A DNA stretch of 28,198 nucleotides from a virus. Lineage: Duplodnaviria; Caudoviricetes. The stretch covers positions 1-28,198 of the IMG/VR virus record IMGVR_UViG_3300020043_005268, one strand, 5' to 3'. Shown in pieces: positions 24,731-28,198 of the stretch. The notes under the pieces were generated by a model. That model was not told the origin of the DNA. It made no database searches and worked only from the letters and a program-made list of their open reading frames with translations. The position numbers and the translations under genes are program-made. How positions within the stretch are numbered: position 1 is the first letter of the stretch; each line of letters starts with the position of its first letter.

Positions 24731-25651
24731 TCAGGTGTAGGCGAGGGTCCAGGTGGTGTTGCCCAGCAGCCGGAACGGCAGGGTGACGTGGGTCACGCTG
24801 TCGCCGTCCTCGAAAGTGGGCGAGTCGAACGCCACCGAGCTGGCGGAGAACGTCAAGATGTTGCCGGCCGTGCCGCCATGCACCCAGCTCAGCGCGCCCG
24901 CGGTCTGCGCGCTGGCAATGGCGATGAAGTCCTTCGTCGCGATGCCGGGAAGCTCGATGGTGATTGAGCCGGTGGGCTTCCGGTCCGTGATCCGCACCTG
25001 CTTGGTGCAGCCGGCCTTCTGCTCAAAGGTCATCTCGACGCCCAGGTTCAGGGAGAACGAGGTCATGCACGCGGAGAACCCGTGCACGCTCACGGAGGTG
25101 GTGTTGTCGGCGTTCACCGCGACAGGGCTGGCCTGCGCGCTGTAGGTCTCGGTCGGACGGCTCAGCGCACCGGGTGCAGCGAAGATCCCCATCTGATCGA
25201 ACGCGAAGGTGGGAATCTCGCCCACCGCCATGCTCAGCTCTGCGCCACCGCGAATCCCGGTGATCGCCTGCCGGCTGCCGTTGTCGGCATAGAAGTCCAT
25301 CGTGTAGCTGCTGAACCCGGAGTTGACCGGCGCATAGGTCACGCTCGTGTCAGCAGATACGGTCTCACTCAGACCGGCCGCCTTGAGCAGCGGGCCATAG
25401 CGGGGGGCGATGCCCAGGGTGCCACTGCCGGCCGCCTCTACAGTCGCCTTCACCGGCACCGACCGCTGACCCACCACGCTGGGCCGGTTGCCCATGTACG
25501 ACTGGATCGTCTCGCGCTCGATCAGCTCCATCGCCAGCGGCTCCACGTCCAGCTCAGTGAACAGGAGCGCATCAGTCGCGGCGGGGCTGGAGCTGGTGCC
25601 GTAGGTGTCCTCGCTCTTGACGAGGGCCAGCCGGTTTCTCCACAGGGCCAT
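24731..25651 (-). CDS. Major tail tube protein
   Basis: KSEDTYGT...GSGTLGIAPRYGPLLKAAGL...VRITDRKPTGSITIE; position upstream of the chaperones. Confidence 0.88.
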   Translation of the reverse strand: MALWRNRLALVKSEDTYGTSSSPAATDALLFTELDVEPLAMELIERETIQSYMGNRPSVVGQRSVPVKATVEAAGSGTLGIAPRYGPLLKAAGLSETVSADTSVTYAPVNSGFSSYTMDFYADNGSRQAITGIRGGAELSMAVGEIPTFAFDQMGIFAAPGALSRPTETYSAQASPVAVNADNTTSVSVHGFSACMTSFSLNLGVEMTFEQKAGCTKQVRITDRKPTGSITIELPGIATKDFIAIASAQTAGALSWVHGGTAGNILTFSASSVAFDSPTFEDGDSVTHVTLPFRLLGNTTWTLAYT

Positions 25652-25654
25652 GGG

Positions 25655-25813
25655 TCAATCCTCGGGGGTGGGGTCGGGGTCGGCCGTGGCCGGTGGCTCA
25701 CCAGGCTGCGCCGTGCGCTGGGTGCATTTCAACGCACCGCCCTCCACGACATAGGTGCCGCCTTCGGCCGGTGGTGCCGGAGGTGCCGGGGGCTTGATCT
25801 CACAGCGGGCCAT
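25655..25813 (-). CDS. Small Pro-rich protein (52 aa, not in ORF track)
   Basis: MARCEIKPPAPPAPPAEGGTYVVEGGALKCTQRTAQPGEPPATADPDPTPED fills the gap between terminator and tube genes; TACAAT upstream. Confidence 0.6.
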   Translation of the reverse strand: MARCEIKPPAPPAPPAEGGTYVVEGGALKCTQRTAQPGEPPATADPDPTPED

Positions 25814-25844
25814 AGGGTCAGCAGGTGCTCAGGTCATTGTAGGC

Positions 25845-26267
25845 TCAGGCCGCTTCGAGGTCAGCCGCTGCCGTGCGGTAGCGCACCTCATAGGTGTTGA
25901 CCATCCACAAGCTGGCGAGGTCCGCCTTATCGCGCTGCCAGTCCGTCGCGGTCGGCATGATGTCGATGGCCAGGCCGCCGAGCGTGCGGTCAGCCATGAG
26001 CAGGCTGTGCGCGGACACGATGATCGGATCCGCCAGCGTGTCGCTCACCGCGCCCCGGGTGTGCACGACCACCGCTACCTGTAGCGTCCAGTCAATCTTG
26101 CAGGTGCTGTACTGCCGGCCGTTGTCACCGATCGGCTCCACCACCATGGCCGGCGCCTCGTCTCGGCTGAACGCTTCCATCCTCGAGCGGTACACCGTGG
26201 AGATCCCGGCGGTGCTGCCGAGGGTGGTGGCGATGTGCGCCAGGATCTGCTCTCGCCGGCTGCTCAT
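25845..26267 (-). CDS. Tail terminator/completion protein
   Basis: MSSRREQILAHIATTL...VYRSR...PAMVVEP...LMADRTLGGLA...YEVRYRT; upstream of the tube gene. Confidence 0.82.
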   Translation of the reverse strand: MSSRREQILAHIATTLGSTAGISTVYRSRMEAFSRDEAPAMVVEPIGDNGRQYSTCKIDWTLQVAVVVHTRGAVSDTLADPIIVSAHSLLMADRTLGGLAIDIMPTATDWQRDKADLASLWMVNTYEVRYRTAAADLEAA

Positions 26268-26836
26268 GGTGCGGTCGCGGGGGACAGGGCAGCGATGAAC
26301 GGCGCCGGGAGATGGCACGCCGTGGCGCGGGCAATGATCTCGGCCAGGTCGGTAGGGGCCAGCGCGGAGGCTGCGAGGAACTGCGCCCAGCTCAGCGCGA
26401 ACGGTGTGTAGTTGCTGCGGAGCCGGGCCTCATCCATCGCGGTGGGCAGGCCGGTCGTGGCCGGCTCGCCCAGGGGGTCTGAACTGGCACGTGCTGCAGC
26501 CATGGCCGACGCCATCGGAGCGAACCCGTAGAGCCAGCCGGCCCAGCCGAGCCAGTCCGCTGCGGGCTCCGGCGGGGGCGGGGGCACGATCGGATCGATC
26601 TGCCAGCCACGGGTCAGGGCGCCATCCAGGCCGGTCGGGTCGGGGCCATCGGGCAGCCAGGCGTAGGTCTCGATGCTGGTCAGCTGTTCAGCGGTCGGGT
26701 CGTAGGGCGGGGCAGGCAGCTGCACCACGGCCACCACCCGGTAGACGGAGCGATCGAGGCCCAGCACGGGCTCATCATCCGGCCGGGGATACGGCAACAG
26801 GGTGGCGTCGCTGATGCGGTAGAGCTGGCGGGTCAT
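26264..26836 (-). CDS. Hypothetical protein (possible fibre-associated chaperone)
   Basis: PYPRPDDEPVLGLD...PPYDPTAEQL; ATGA-coupled within the late operon. Confidence 0.65.
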   Translation of the reverse strand: MTRQLYRISDATLLPYPRPDDEPVLGLDRSVYRVVAVVQLPAPPYDPTAEQLTSIETYAWLPDGPDPTGLDGALTRGWQIDPIVPPPPPEPAADWLGWAGWLYGFAPMASAMAAARASSDPLGEPATTGLPTAMDEARLRSNYTPFALSWAQFLAASALAPTDLAEIIARATACHLPAPFIAALSPATAP

Positions 26837-27624
26837 GGGATCGCGGCGGCGTAGGCGGTAAGCAGGGTGCTCACCCTGCTGTCGAGTAGGGACAGGTTGA
26901 GGGATTCACCGATGGAGTAGAAGGCAAGGCGGGCATTGGTGACGCTCGATGCGTTGCTGAGATCGCGTGAAAACACCGCCACGTTCGCAGTCGCTGATGC
27001 CGTACCAGCTGAGGAGTAAGTGATTGTCTCGGTGCTACCTGCTGCCCTGAATGTGATGGCCGTGCTTGTTGCCCGATTGCAGCCAACAAACCCGGTTGAT
27101 GTTGACGCGGCAGTGGCACCGAAGGCAGTTACACTTCTGAAACGCCCAGAAAAAGATGCAGAGCTTCTGTATATCGCCGCTTCCCCGGTATTGCTGCTTA
27201 CGTCATCGTTTCCAATCAGGCCGACTCCTGATGTTGCCGCCGTTGAAACGTAGACAGATAGGTGGTAGCTATTGAGCGGATCGGCGTTCAGCGCCCTGCT
27301 GCTGTTGAGGTACTTAGTGCTGCCGTTACCGATCAGTCCAGTCTCGCGATTGTAGTCGCCGCTCACGAAGTTGTTATTCGTGGGTGCGGTGCCTTTGAGC
27401 GGCACCAGTGCACCGGCCAACGTGCGGGCACCGGCCAGGATGCAGCTGGCCTTGATGGCGGTCCAGATGCCGTCCGCCTTGCAGCCGACCACAAACGCAT
27501 TGATTGCATCGCGCACGCCGGTTTCCAGCGCCTGCCCGTCGGCTGCCTCCACCGCCGTGATGTAGGTCTGCGCGTCGGTGTCGTAGGCAACCCCGAACCG
27601 ATACGGATTGATCAGGAACGTCAT
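26833..27624 (-). CDS. Virion fibre-like protein with probable lectin-like beta-sandwich
   Basis: INPYRF...DTDAQTYITAVEAADGQ...INAFVVGCKADGIW...GLIGNGSTKYLN; Ser/Thr-rich variable middle. Confidence 0.65.
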   Translation of the reverse strand: MTFLINPYRFGVAYDTDAQTYITAVEAADGQALETGVRDAINAFVVGCKADGIWTAIKASCILAGARTLAGALVPLKGTAPTNNNFVSGDYNRETGLIGNGSTKYLNSSRALNADPLNSYHLSVYVSTAATSGVGLIGNDDVSSNTGEAAIYRSSASFSGRFRSVTAFGATAASTSTGFVGCNRATSTAITFRAAGSTETITYSSAGTASATANVAVFSRDLSNASSVTNARLAFYSIGESLNLSLLDSRVSTLLTAYAAAIP

Positions 27625-28198
27625 GCCCGCACCCCGATCAGCCAGACCTTCAGGCCAGCCCCGGCGATTGTCGCGCCGATCTGATCGATGTCCACGGTGA
27701 TCTCAGCATCATCCGCCAGGGCGCTGTCGCTGATCACCGCAGCGGTCGCGGCAGTGGTGCTCGTCTTCTCGGTGGCGTCAATGCTCAGCTTCGTGCTCAG
27801 CACGCTGGTCCCCGCCTCGTTGATGTCCACCACCAGCGTCGAGCCGGTCGGCGCCGTGGTGACCGAGGCCCGGACCGCCGTGAGGGTCATCGCATACGGC
27901 AGCCTGAACGTGACCTTGGCCGTGCCGGTGGTGAGCGCCGTGGTCTCATCCGAGCAGGCCAGGCCGATCTCAACCGGCACCGTCAGCGTAGTGCCCGAGA
28001 TGCTCAGCCCGCCGGCCAGGGACAGGTGGCGCAGCTTGCTCTCAGAGTCATCCCAGAACAGGATGCGATCCGCGCCGGGGTCATCGGCCCGCAGCTCCTG
28101 CCCGCTGAGGTCCAGCACATCCGCAACGCTGGCCGCCAGGGTCACGGCATCGTGCGGCTGATCCAGCTGCGGGCCGATCGTTGCCGTCAGGCTGCCCG
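27621..28198 (-). CDS. Fibre-like structural protein, 5' end outside window
   Basis: Frame is open to the window edge; ADRILFWDDS...CSDETTALTTGTAKVTFRLPYAMTLTAVRAS...GAGLKVWLIG. Confidence 0.7.
   Translation of the reverse strand, partial: GSLTATIGPQLDQPHDAVTLAASVADVLDLSGQELRADDPGADRILFWDDSESKLRHLSLAGGLSISGTTLTVPVEIGLACSDETTALTTGTAKVTFRLPYAMTLTAVRASVTTAPTGSTLVVDINEAGTSVLSTKLSIDATEKTSTTAATAAVISDSALADDAEITVDIDQIGATIAGAGLKVWLIGVRA

Noticed and set aside
18103-28198. Diversity-generating retroelement acting on tail or fibre genes
   Set aside because: No reverse transcriptase and no adenine-mismatched template/variable repeat pair noticed.

Overview
A GC-rich fragment of a long-tailed (siphovirus-like) dsDNA phage genome; the gene families suggest a picocyanobacterial (Synechococcus/Cyanobium-type) host, but this is inference. 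From left to right: (i) a symmetric iteron-rich candidate replication origin (about 370-645) next to a leftward replication operon (DEAH helicase, inserted HNH, VRR-NUC nuclease, P4-alpha-like primase-helicase); (ii) a rightward early/middle region with RecE-like exonuclease, RecT-like annealase, SSB, about 20 translationally coupled small ORFs, dCTP deaminase, DUF3310, a NUMOD1-type protein, and a membrane-anchored HTH / SNF2-like helicase / amino-methyltransferase operon; (iii) a leftward late region with fibre-like proteins, tail terminator, tail tube, chaperones with a -1 frameshift, tape measure, tail tip genes and a lysis cassette using a C39-like peptidase. I recognised no terminase, capsid, integrase, tRNA or CRISPR array. 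The most notable non-coding signal is a family of four promoters with a shared 17-bp semi-palindromic box 28-29 nt upstream of a -10-like hexamer, one followed by a three-hairpin leader. Bases 1-103 are an exact inverted copy of 7879-7981, probably a chimera. All functional calls come from motif recognition by eye, not database searches.
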